Below, piece by piece: positions 39,199 through 50,693 of a stretch of 64,000 nt of DNA. The DNA is taken from the NCBI RefSeq assembly GCF_030684315.1, contig NC_081396.1:9167628-9231627 (forward strand). Direction: 5' to 3'. The notes below the pieces were generated by a model. It searched no databases. It was not told where the DNA came from and worked only from the letters and a program-made list of their open reading frames with translations. Position numbers and translations under genes: made by a program. How positions within the stretch are numbered: position 1 is the stretch's first letter; every line of letters begins with the position of its first letter. The stretch is from Stegostoma tigrinum (Eukaryota).

Positions 39199-39422
39199 AG
39201 AGGGGGATGGGGGGAGGGAACTGGAATAAATAGGGAGAGAGGGGGAGGCGGACCGAAGATGGAGAGCAAAGAAGATAGGTGGAGAGGGTGTAGGTGGGGA
39301 GGTAGGGAGGGGATAGGTCAGTCCAGGGAAGACGGACAGGTCAAGGAGGTGGGATGAGGTTAGTAGGTAGCTGGGGGTGCGGCTGGGGGTGGGAGGAAGG
39401 GATGGGTGAGAGGAAGAACCGG

Positions 39423-39880
39423 TTAGGGAGGCAGAGACAGGTTGGACTGGTTTTGGGATGCAGTGGGTGGGGGGGAAGAGCTGGGCTGGTTGTGTGGTGC
39501 AGTGGGGGGAGGGGATGAACTGGGCTGGTTTAGGGATGCAGTGGGGGAAGGGGAGATTTTGAAACTGGTGAAGTCCACATTGATACCATATGGCTGCAGG
39601 GTTCCCAGGCGGAATATGAGTTGCTGTTCCTGCAACCTTCGGGTGGCATCATTGTGGCAGTGCAGGAGGCCCATGATGGACATGTCATCAAGAGAATGGG
39701 AGGGGGAGTGGAAATGGTTTGCGACTGGGAGGTGCAGTTGTTTGTTGCGAACTGAGCGGAGGTGTTCTGCAAAGCGGTCCCCAAGCCTCCGCTTGGTTTC
39801 CCCAATGTAGAGAAAGCCGCACCGGGTACAGTGGATGCAGTATACCACATTGGCAGATGTGCAGGTGAACCTCTGCTTAA
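39423..39880 (-). pseudogene. Penelope GIY-YIG endonuclease domain (5'-truncated ORF)
   Basis: FTCTSANVVYCIHCTRCGFLYIGETKRRLGDRFAEH...HF...RRLQEQQLIFRLGTLQPYGIN. Confidence 0.88.
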
Positions 39881-40532
39881 TGTGGATAGGTCAGTCCAGG
39901 GAAGACGGACAGGTCAAGGAGGTGGGATGAGGTTAGTAGGTAGCTGGGGGTGCGGCTTGGGGTGGGAGGAAGGGATGGGTGAGAGGAAGAACCGGTTAGG
40001 GAGGCAGAGACAGGTTGGACTGGTTTTGGGATGCAGTGGGTGGGGGGGAAGAGCTGGGCTGGTTGTGTGGTGCAGTGGGGGGAGGGGATGAACTGGGCTG
40101 GTTTAGGGATGCAGTGGGGGAAGGGGAGATTTTGAAACTGGTGAAGTCCACATGTGGACTTCACCAGTTTCAAAATCTCCCCTTCCCCCACTGCATCCCT
40201 AAACCAGCCCAGTTCATCCCCTCCCCCCACTGCACCACACAACCAGCCCAGCTCTTCCCCCCCACCCACTGCATCCCAAAACCAGTCCAACCTGTCTCTG
40301 CCTCCCTAACCGGTTCTTCCTCTCACCCATCCCTTCCTCCCACCCCAAGCCGCACCCCCAGCTACCTACTAACCTCATCCCACCTCCTTGACCTGTCCGT
40401 CTTCCCTGGACTGACCTATCCCTCCCTACCTCCCCACCTACACCCTCTCCACCTATCTTCTTTGCTCTCCATCTTCGGTCCGCCTCCCCCTCTCTCCCTA
40501 TTTATTCCAGTTCCCTCCCCCCATCCCCCTCT

Positions 40533-40560
40533 CTGATGAAGGGTCTAGGCCCGAAACGTC
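40533..40560 (+). ncRNA. Minimal hammerhead ribozyme motif
   Basis: CUGAUGAAGGGUCUAGGCCCGAAACGUC. Confidence 0.65.
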
Positions 40561-40839
40561 AGCTTTTGTGCTCCTGAGATGCTGCTTGGCCTGCTGTGTT
40601 CATCCAGCCTCACATTTTATCATCTTGGAATCTCCAGCATCTGCAGTTCCCATTATCTCTTTCTTTTCACCTTTCTGGACTGGATGTAATGTTATAGCAG
40701 AGATCTTCGTGGTTCAAGTTTTAGGACGTCTGCACATGTTTAGTGTTGGCCTGAATTGCAGCAGGTGCAACTGTAGGATTTGTTGACATTAGGCCACCCC
40801 GTTTATTGCTGAGTGCGAGATTGCAGCAGAACATCAAAG

Positions 40840-41520
40840 TGATGAAAAGAGGCTCTCAGAATAAGTATCAACAGGAAGATGAAATTTAGTTCAGAGAATT
40901 GTGAAGGAAGAACATAGGGAAACAATTGTTGCAGAATGTGCGTAACTACAAAGGCTGTGCAGAACCAGAATTCGTGAATATGCTATGACACATTGTGTTC
41001 AGGATGAATGAGGGATACGACATTGTGAATTTTGTAAATTGTGGTATACAGAACATTTGCAAAGAAATTTTATTAAACTGGTATTAAACAGTGGTTTGCT
41101 TCAAATGAAGTATTGCATCCAGTTCCGGGCACGAAACATTGGGAAAAGTGCAAAGTCATTAGAAAGGATCCACGAAAGATAAATAAGGGTTTTACTAGGA
41201 ATAAGGTAGCTCCACTACATAGGCAATTATGAACATTTGAAACTATTCTCTCCTGCAGAACAGAACGTTGTAGTTTGACTGGAAATCTTCAAATTCACGA
41301 TGTATTGGGCAAAAGAAATGGTTACAAAGATCCTGCTGGTGGAAGGATACAGAACTAGAGAGCAAACATTTAATATCGTCGACAAAACATGCAAAGGCAA
41401 ACATTATATGAAACCATTTTTTTTATGCAGCGAATGTTAAAGATATTTAATACACTGCTAATGTGTGTAAAGGAGAGAATTCCAAAAAGGAATTGGCATG
41501 CGGCCTGGCATGTTGCTTTG
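40840..41520 (+). mobile_element. Old CR1 LINE 3' fragment
   Basis: gatgaaatttagttcagagaattgtgaagg...tgaagtattgcatccagttccgggcac...ttttatgcagcgaatgtt. Confidence 0.55.
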
Positions 41521-42044
41521 AAGCAATTCGTTATCGATCAGGAGCAATGTGTATTCTTGTTACACCATAACAAAATAAATCTGTTCCAACCGCATCCACA
41601 TTTAGCAATGCACCAAGAATGTTTTCGGCGGTTGTTTTGTCATACCTTGTACACTCTCGGTGACCTTGTCTTTTTTGGTTGTTAGCTCTTACATCTGCCC
41701 TTGTACACCTTTTTTGACATTTCTGCGCATTTAGCAACTCGGCTCTGGTGCGAACGTTCACTTCTGAATCCAATGATTCTGAGAGAAAATCTATGCACTT
41801 TCTAATTTCAATCAATAAGCAATCCGATTTCGTTCTGATAATTTCATATGAGAAAATTGTTGTGAACATCTAATGTCATAATTCATCTCTTATAGAGCTA
41901 AGTTTTTAAATTTTAAAACTAACGTGCTGAAGTTATGGTCAATAGAATAAACTGATTCTTGACAAGCTTTTAAACAGCCCTTAGGTAATTATCATTGAAA
42001 TGCTCGTTTACGTTTCCCAGAACGCCAATGTTAGAGGGCCATAA

Positions 42045-42311
42045 AGCTCCTACAGTGTGGAAGCAAGCCATTCGGCCCATCAAGTCCGCTCCCGCATTCC
42101 ACACAAACTCCTACCCTGTATTTCACGTGGGTAGCCAACCTAACCTGCACAATTTTGGGTTGTGGGTGGAAACCGAAGCAACTGAAGGGCACCCATGCAG
42201 ACATGGGAAGAATGTATAAACTCCACACAGTCGCCCGGGGATTGAGAACTGTATGCAGGTCCCTAACTCTGTGAGGCAGCAGCGCTAACCACCGAGCCAC
42301 GGTGCCACCCA
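42045..42311 (-). mobile_element. HE1-type SINE
   Basis: The reverse strand begins gggtggcaccgtggctcggtggttagcgctgctgcctcacag. Confidence 0.85.
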
Positions 42312-42799
42312 CACATCTAAAATCTGAAACAGTTGGCTACTCAGATGCATTTACTGTTATTGTTGTAATGCCGTTCCTTGTTTAACCGTGTTCAAAAACA
42401 AGAAGAAAAGTCTTTAGTGTCGGTACATCCCTTTGGCTTCAAGCGCAGTGATTAATTCGTATTTCTGTGATGAGTTACTTGTGGTGTTATGGTCAGAATG
42501 GCCGGATATTACTGCTACGTCTGCTTGGCTTAACTCTGATTTGTAATTTGCAATATTACTCTACACTTGTAATTCTGTACCATATAGTCCACAGCCCCTC
42601 AGAAATATTAGGAAGGACTTTGCGGTCTAGCCCGCGAGGTGGTCTCTGGAAATTGTGGATGATGGCATTTTATGTTTTAGGTACATACCGGGCTCTAGGA
42701 ATCATCGTGATAATCTGTCTACCAGTTGTGCCTGAGTTCCTCTGTGAACTTTTTCTTTGCCATGTGACTGTTTATTTGGACAAGGTACGTGGACTCCAA

Positions 42800-43200
42800 T
42801 TCCTGAATAAACCAAGGAGTAATGACATTGGCCATATTTTAAAGAAGGTTTGGAGGACACGCATTACTGATATTGTAAGGAGAAGGGATGTGTGTATCCA
42901 TGTGGGTGGGGGGGGGGGGAGAAAAAAGACGGGTAATGTCTTGGCCCCTATCAATCGTGGTAGTCTGGGAATTCTCAGCTCTGAGGGAAACAAAACACCT
43001 CCTGAAATGTTTGCAGAAAAGGCAGCGTTAGAACCAGAACAGTTCGTTTGCATTGCAAGAAAATGGGAATACAAAATTCGAGGTTCACTTCAATGTTGCT
43101 GTAGGATGTCTGTTAACTTGTCGTGGAGATTGACGAATAACCCATTCGCTGAAATGGGAACACAAATTTAAGGTAGGGCAGTGCACATTACGGAATAACA
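42800..43200 (-). mobile_element. Highly decayed Penelope RT fragment
   Basis: Weak similarity to recalled antisense PLE RT blocks (gaacagttcg...gaaaatgggaata; ccattcgctgaaatgggaacaca). Confidence 0.35.
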
Positions 43201-43556
43201 TTATGGAAGTGCCAGGGAGAACACTGGAATCAGTTCTGCATTTTTTTTTCTTTGCTGAACTCTGCATGAGTGCAGGACTATTCAATGTTCAGACAAATCT
43301 CCTGGGGGAAAAAAAAAGCTGGTAGGTGTGGCTTGAGTCCCACTGAGAAGGTTGATTTCCAAATATCCCATAAAAGAAACATTTTTAATAAAACATAGAC
43401 AACAACTGAGCAGCAGTGGCAAAAATGCACTGTGTCAATTATGCTAATTAATGCTTAATCTCAAACCAACTGATTATCTCCCACGAGGCTTAGATGGAGC
43501 ATAACAGTAACCATTTCTCAGCGATCTGTCAAACGCAGTTGGAGCTTCCGTGAAAT

Positions 43557-43626
43557 ATGCACGGGGTACCACAAGGCCTGGTATTTGCCATTTATTATCC
43601 TGTCATTGGAATTATTGGGGTTCCAG
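43557..43626 (+). CDS. GPR139-like GPCR gene B, coding exon 1
   Basis: MHGVPQGLVFAIYYPVIGIIGVP plus G, then a GTAAAG donor. It is 70 nt long and homologous to gene A exon 1. Confidence 0.88.
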
Positions 43627-44759
43627 GTAAAGTGCTACACTTAGGTCGTTGCTGCGAGGACATTTAGTCAACTGCATTAATTATCTTATTTTACCTGGCA
43701 CCATTTCCAGATGTGGTTCATACAATTTAACGGGTTATTAGGTTATTTTCTTCAGTGATATGATTTGCTCAATCTGTTAGTGTTCGTTGGTTTTTAGGTA
43801 TGCACTTTAAAAGTTAGCATTAAATTTTATTTCCAATGTTTCCATTTTTTGGTATTTTCATATTTATTGAATCCCCTTGCTCCTCTCAAGTTCTCGTTTT
43901 TGTGAGCAGAGATTACTCACGTTCGTTTTAACTTTAAGAAATGCGCAAGTGGTAGTTGCATTCCATATCTTTATATTTGTTACTGACCCATGTTGCACTC
44001 TCCTGTGAAATGTAAACAAAGTTGTGTCATGCTATTAGCAGAGAAGCAGAGGGTGAATTACATTGCTCCAGCAATATCAGTACCAAATGGCTTTGTTTTG
44101 TGGATTGCTATTGTGGACCACAGTTGCAAATTTATTCCAGTGCGAATACAGCTCTTTGGCATCATTTGTGTCTACCTGTGGGTTCAATTCTCAAACTGTT
44201 AACATGGCTCGAACTTGGACCTATTGCGTTATTTGTGCTGTTGCTGCGGATGAATTGTCACAAAGTTCTCTACATAAATGTCCAAGTACTATGCTGTCGA
44301 AGAAATGTACTGTGCGCGAATTAACAGACTGTTATCATGGTGCAGATGTTAATATATTTAGTTTTTGTCACTGTTACTGAGAGTGAATTGACATAATGTT
44401 GACATGGTGAAAATGTTGATCGAATATGTCATTCAGTTCAACAATCATGGATCAATTGTAAGGATGGATTCATTGACTGTTTGAACAGTTCAGTAGTTCC
44501 TGACTATTTCATAAAAGAAATGACTCGGAGCTGGTGTGACTCGTTAGGCACTGTCTTGTTAATTGAGCCTGCTGCATTGTAGGAGAATTTTCCTGCAGAT
44601 TAGCCCTGGTAGACCGCTAGAAGGGACATGCAGACAGTGTAGGAATCTCCTTTGGCTATTTCCCCTCTCTAGCCAGTGCAGCATTTTGGATAATGGGTCG
44701 GGGGCGGGGTGGTTGATAGCCAGCCAGGGGATATTGACAACAGCAGACAGAGCAGTGGC

Positions 44760-47700
44760 ATGACAGCTTGCATGATTATAGAGCAGGGAATGTCGAAGTG
44801 ATAGGGATATCTATGGTCAGGGGCACAGAAAGGCTTTTCAGCAGCAGGAAGAGTGATGAGGTCCTGCAAAATGATTTCAGGGAATTAAACAGTAAATTGA
44901 AAAACAAGACTTCTAAGCTTGTTATCTCGGGATTGCTGCCTGTGCCATATGGCAGTCAGGCCAGGAANNNNNNNNNNNNNNNNNNNNNNNNNNNNNNNNN
45001 NNNNNNNNNNNNNNNNNNNNNNNNNNNNNNNNNNNNNNNNNNNNNNNNNNNNNNNNNNNNNNNNNNNNNNNNNNNNNNNNNNNNNNNNNNNNNNNNNNNN
45101 NNNNNNNNNNNNCCTGAGCAGTAGGCTAACAAGCGAAATGACTAAGGAGGAAGTAGAGACTAAGAAAAGTAAGGCTGAGAGGAAGGACAGGCAGATGTTA
45201 CTGAACATAATGGGACTTATGGTCTGAAGTGTATTTGTTTCAATGTGAAGAGTCTGACAGGTAAGACAGGCGAACTTAGCGCTTGGGTTAGTACATACAA
45301 GTATGATGTTGGAACAGCAACATAGAGACTTGGTTGAGTGAGGGGCAAGACAGGCAGCTTAAGCATTCCAGGATTTAGACATTTCAGGTGAGGTAAAGAG
45401 GGACGAAAAAGAGGTGGGGTAGTCAAAATACTAAACAGGGAGATGGTTACAGCTTTACTGAGGGAGGACACCTTGGGAGGCTCATCCAGCGAGACTGCAC
45501 GTGTGCAGCTCAGGAATAGGAAGGGTGCAATCACTTTGATGTAGTTGTAGCACGGGCCTTCCATAGCCAGCTGGAGAGAGCAAGGAATAGATATATGGTC
45601 AGTTCAAGAAAAAATATAAAAACAACAGGTTCGTTGTGTTAGGTGATTTTAACTTGCCCTATATTAACTGGGACTTCCTTAATGCTGGAGACATGGACGG
45701 GGTGGGGTTTGGGGGTAGAATTTGTTAGGTGCATCTAGGAGGATTGATTGAAACAGTATGTAGATAGTCCAACCAGAGAGGAGGCATTATGAGACTGGTA
45801 TTGGAGAATGAGCTCGGTAAGGTGTCTGAAGTTTCACCGGCAGTGCATTCCAGAAATAGTGACTATTGTTCTGTAATTTTTAAGTTACTTATGGATAAGG
45901 GATCAGAATAACTGTCTGGTGAAAATGCTAAATTGTTCGAAGGCTACCAACAACAATATTGGGCAGAAAGAGGGAAATGTAGATTGGGGGAGGCTGTTTG
46001 AGGATAAATCCACACCTGTATTGTGGGAATCTTTTAAAGGTAAATTGATTACAGCTCAGGACTAGCATGTTCTGGTGAAAATGATAGTTAGGGATGACAA
46101 GTTTTGGTAACTTTGGGTGACATGAGAAATTGCGAGCTTTGTCAGAAAGAAAATTGAGGCAGATGTAAAGTTTAGGAAATTGAAGACAGACAGAACGCTT
46201 GCAAAATATAAAGAAAGCAGTAAGGAGCTTTAAAAGTGATTTTGGAGGGCTAAAAGGGGCCATGAAATGCCATTGGAAAACAGGACTATTGAAAATCCAA
46301 AGGTGCTTTATACAAATACATAGAACATAGAACTGTACAGGCCCTTTGGCCAATGATTTTGTGCCAACTTATGATCCTACTAAGATCATACTACCCTGGA
46401 TACCCTACAGTATGCTGTCATCCATGTACTTATCCAAGTCTCTAATGTATCTGACTCCACTACCACTGCCAGCAGCACATTCCACACATCCACCACACTC
46501 TGTGTAAAGAACCTAACTCTGGCATCTCCCCTCTACCTTCTTCCAATCATCTTAAAATTGTGCCCCCTCAAAATAGTAATTTCTATTTTGGGAAAAAGTC
46601 TCTGGTTATCCATTCTACCAATGCCTCTACTCACCTTGTACACCTCTATCAAGTCACCTCTCATCCTTCTTCACTCTGTTAAGAAAAGCCCTTGCTCCCT
46701 TGACCTTTCCTCATAAGACATGCCCTCCAGTCCAGACAGCATCCTGGTAAATCTCCTCTGCACCCTCTCTAAAGCTTCCACAACCTTCCTATAATGAGGT
46801 GACCAGAACTGAACAGAATATTCCAAGTGTGGCCGAACCAGGGTTTATAGAGCTGCAACATAACCTCACGGTCTTAAACTCAATTCCCCGGCCAATGAAA
46901 GGCACACATCATACGCCTTCCTTACAACTCTATCAACTTGGGTGGCAACTTTGAGGGATCTATGGATGTGAGCCCCAAGATCCCTCTGTTCCTCCACACT
47001 GCCAAGAATCCTGTCATTAACCCTATAGGAGCAAAAGGGTAGCTCAGGAACGGTTACGTCCATGCAAGGACAAAGGAGGGAATTTATGCGTGGATCTGGT
47101 GGAAGTTTGCATTGGCATTCGCAAAGGAGAAGGACATGGTAGATGAAGAGAAGCACGTTGACATTATAGGGCATGCTGCTATAGAAATGTAGGACCTATG
47201 TGTTTTGAAAAGCATAAAGGTAGGCAAGTTCCCAGGACTTTATGGGATCAACCCCAGAGTTTTGTGTGAGGTCAGGCAGGACATTGTTGGAGCCTTGTAC
47301 AATATCTTTTAATGTTCATTAATCATGGGAGAAGTCCAGGGGGATTGGAGAATAGGCATTGTTGTTCGCTTGTTTAAGAAAGGCAACCGGGATATTGGGG
47401 GAATTACAGGCCAACACAGTAGGAATATTATTACAGAAAATTCCTAGGGACAGGATTTTCTTATATTTGGAAAAATATGGACTTATAAGTGATAAGTAGC
47501 GTCGTTCTGTGTGGGGAAAGCCATGTCTCACAAACTTGTTTGAGTTTGTTTTTGAGGAAGTGGCAATGATTATTGATGGGCCAGAGCAGTGGATGTCTGC
47601 ATAGATTTTAGTAAGGCCTTTGACAAGGTCCCACACAGCAGGCGGAGATGAAGTCATATGGGATCCCTGGTGAACTGTCAAGATGGATACAGTGCTGACT

Positions 47701-48690
47701 TGATAATTGAAGACAGAGGGTAGTGGTAGAATGATGTCTTCTTGATTGAAAATCTATGACCACTGGGTTTTTGCAGGGATAAGTGCTGGGAGTCCTGTTG
47801 CTTGTAATATATATAAATGATTTGGAGGAGGATGCAGGTGGTCTGATTAGTAAGTTTGCAGTTGACACAAGCTTTAGCAGAGTTGCAGATAAAGAGGAGG
47901 ATTGCCAGAGGATATAGCAGAATATATAATACATTTTGGGAGATCTAATGCAGGAGGGCAGTATGCAGTAAATGGCTGAACCAATAAAAGCATTAAGATA
48001 CAGTCAAACCCAAGTCACAGACCCACAGTTTTCTGAAAGTGGAAACATAAGTGAATGGGGTGGGCAAGAGGCATGGACAGTTGGGCATAGAGTATAAAAA
48101 TTAACATATCATGTTGCAGATATATCAACTTTAGTTAAACAACATTTGGAATATTGTGCACAACTCTGTTTGCCACTTTACCAAAAGGATGTGGATGTTT
48201 TGGAGACGGCACAGAAAATGTTTAACAGGATATTGCTTGATTTTAGTACGATGTTGCCTGTTTGGAAGTGTTTTAGCTATGAGGAGAGATTTGACAAACC
48301 TAGTTTGTTTTCACTTGAATGTCAGAGGCTGAGGCATGACCTGATAGAAATTCACCAAATTATGAGTGACAAACATAGAATGGATACTGGGAGCCATTCC
48401 CCAGGGTGGAAATGTCAATTTCTAGGGAAAATAGGTTGAAGGTGAAAAATGAAAAAAAAATTAAAGGGGATGTGAGAAGCAAACATTTTACAGAGTCTGT
48501 TAAGTGCCCAGAATATGCTTCCACAGGAGGTGCTGGAGGCAGATACAATAGTAATGTTTATGAGCCAACTTGACAGATACATGAACAGGCTCAGAATAAA
48601 GGGAAATGGATCAAATGGACGCAAAAGGTTTTTGGTTTAGAAAGATGTCGCATATTGGTGTAGGCTTGCTGTACTGTCCTTTGTCCTTTT
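44760..48690 (+). mobile_element. Large degenerate CR1 LINE (ORF1 SGNH-like region through ORF2) in the intron of gene B; contains an N gap
   Basis: VIGISMVRGTER, VISGLLPVP, LGDFNLP.INW, DFSKAFDKV, LEYCAQL..P.YQKDV. Confidence 0.88.
46318..47025 (-). mobile_element. Younger CR1/HER1 3' fragment nested antisense in the intronic LINE
   Basis: (catagaa)n tail and VEEQRDLGAHIHRSLKVATQVDRVVRKAY. The host sequence resumes at ggagcaaaagggtagc. Confidence 0.85.
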
Positions 48691-49313
48691 CTTTGTTCCT
48701 CATCATCTGCCAGATACCAACGTTTCGGATTGATGCTGAGAATGATCTAGGTAGTATTAATGTAAGATCATGAGATGCAGGAGCAGAATGTCAACTCCAC
48801 CTTTCAATGAGATCATGACTAAACTGATCATCATTCACCCTCAACATTCCTGTCATATCCCCATTATACTTTATTCCTTCCCTGATTGAACATTTCTTTC
48901 TCTTGGCCTTGAATAGCATGGTTTTGGCAGCTGGCTGCTCCTGTACATGAAATGCAGTAGAGAAATGAATGATGTGAGGATATCATGTGCTTTTGTCTTC
49001 TTAACACATGGGGCTGTACCTGAAGCATTGTATACACTAGTTCCCAGATATTCAGCTACGTGGAGAATCTCTTGTGTAAATCCAGAACATACAAAAATAA
49101 CAGAGTAAGGGTTGTGTCATCTCATTTAGTTCGTTATATTGTTTTGCCAATGTGGTCAATCTGCTTCTTTTTCTCCCCTCTTGCGCATCAAATGTCACAG
49201 TGTTGGTTTCAACAGCCTTATTGTTTTCTATTTGATTTTTAAAAAATACATTCTGACATCAAAATCCGGCCTCAGTTCTGGTGTGGATGACAGCTTGAAA
49301 CGTAGTAAAATTT

Positions 49314-49612
49314 GGGGTGGCACGGTGGCTCAGCGGTTAGCACTGCAGCCTCACAGCACCAGGGACCCAGGTTTGATTCCAGCCTCGTGTAACTGTCTGT
49401 GCGGAGTTTGTGCATTCTCCCCATGTCTGCATGGGTTTCCTCCCACAGTCCAAAGACGCGCAGGCTAGGTGGATCGACCATGCTAAATTGTCTGTAGTGT
49501 TCAGGGGTGTGTGGGTTATAGAGGGATGGGTCTGGGTGGGATGGTCCAAGGGGCAGTGTGAACTTGTTGGGCCGAAGGCCCTGTTTCCACAATGTAGGGA
49601 ATCTAATCTAAA
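49314..49612 (+). mobile_element. HE1-type SINE
   Basis: ggggtggcacggtggctcagcggttagcactgcagcctcacagc...cctgtttccacaatgtagggaatctaatcta. Confidence 0.9.
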
Positions 49613-49788
49613 ACTGTCTCCCTGTCCTAACAGATTATTCAGCTTTATGCTTGAAGGGTATCAATTTCACAGTGAGTGAAAAGTGTTTTTCTGGTTGGGG
49701 AGGAGCATTTGCAATAAAATCACCAACGAGCTATTTTTCATTCCTTTATAGTAGTCATTTAGTATGTCTCTATGTACTTTTTTTACAG

Positions 49789-50693
49789 CTAATTTGACAG
49801 TGATTGTGATTCTGTATCGAAGAAGATGTGGTCTCTCTGGATGCATAACATATTACCTGTTGTCCATGGCCGTGAGTGATCTCCTGGTCATGGTCACTAC
49901 TGTGATATTGAGTCGAGTTGCTGGAATTTATTTCCCCTTCAGTTACCTGTCTCTCACACCGGTCTGCAGTCTACGTGCAGCCTTAATCTATGCAGCTATT
50001 GATGGTTCTACCTGGTTAACAGTTGCTTTTACTTTCGATAGATTTGTAGCCATTTCTTGTCAGCAGCTGAAAATAAAATACTGCACTGAGAGGACAGCAG
50101 CGCGAGTTATAGGAATTATCTCCGTTCTGAGTTGCATAAAAAGTTCATTTATGTATTTCATAACTGAGCCGAGGTATATAATTAACAATCTACCCTGGTT
50201 TTGCAATATAAAGTTAATATTTTATACATCATCGGCATGGATTGCATATGATTGGATTCGCTCCATGTTAACTCCTTGTCTCCCATTCATCCTAACTCTA
50301 CTGCTCAACGTTCTGACTGTCAGACACATTCTAGTGGCCAATAGAGCCCGCAGGAGACTTCTTACACAGAAAACTGGAGAGGATCAAAGGGACAGAGAGA
50401 TGGAAAAACGCAAGAAGTCCATGGTTTTACTTTTTGCTATCTCGGGTAGTTTCATTCTGTCATATTGTTTATTTTTTACAACAGTGCTTTATTTTCGCAT
50501 TGCAAATCTTACCTATTTTTCAAGTTCCAATCGATCAGCTTTTATTCTCGAGCAAAGTGGATACATGATTCAGATAATTAGTTCCTGTATCAATCCGTTC
50601 ATTTATGCTGGCACCCAAAGGAAATTCAGAGGAGAGTTAAGAAATGGGATCAAATATCCATTCCAAATAATTGTTAAATTATTTAAATTTTGA
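49789..50693 (+). CDS. GPR139-like class A GPCR, gene B, exon 2
   Basis: Acceptor ttttttttacag. Motifs: NLTVIVILYRRRCGLSGC, MAVSDLL, TPVC, FTFDRFVAI, TPCLPF, SSCINPFIYAGTQRKFR. 905 nt; total protein 324 aa. Confidence 0.92.

Larger units (their letters stand above)
39107..40658. mobile_element. Young Penelope-like retroelement insertion (partial tandem plus inverted pseudo-LTRs, GIY-YIG domain)
   Basis: TSD ctttcttttcacctt at 39092-39106 and 40659-40673. Outer inverted repeats with a 34-nt 3' extension, and an internal palindrome at 39884-40421. Confidence 0.92.

Noticed and set aside
39442-40536. Mirror-image ORFs (MDWFWDAVGGGEELG...) on both strands
   Set aside because: They are a by-product of the palindrome. 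Only the GIY-YIG frame is meaningful.
42467-43171. 234-aa ORF upstream of GPCR gene B
   Set aside because: It has no recognisable domain and appears to be largely antisense to a decayed Penelope fragment.
43990-44380. Cys-rich hydrophobic short ORFs as a possible third GPCR remnant
   Set aside because: No DRF, TPVC or TPCLPF motifs are present in the translated ORFs.
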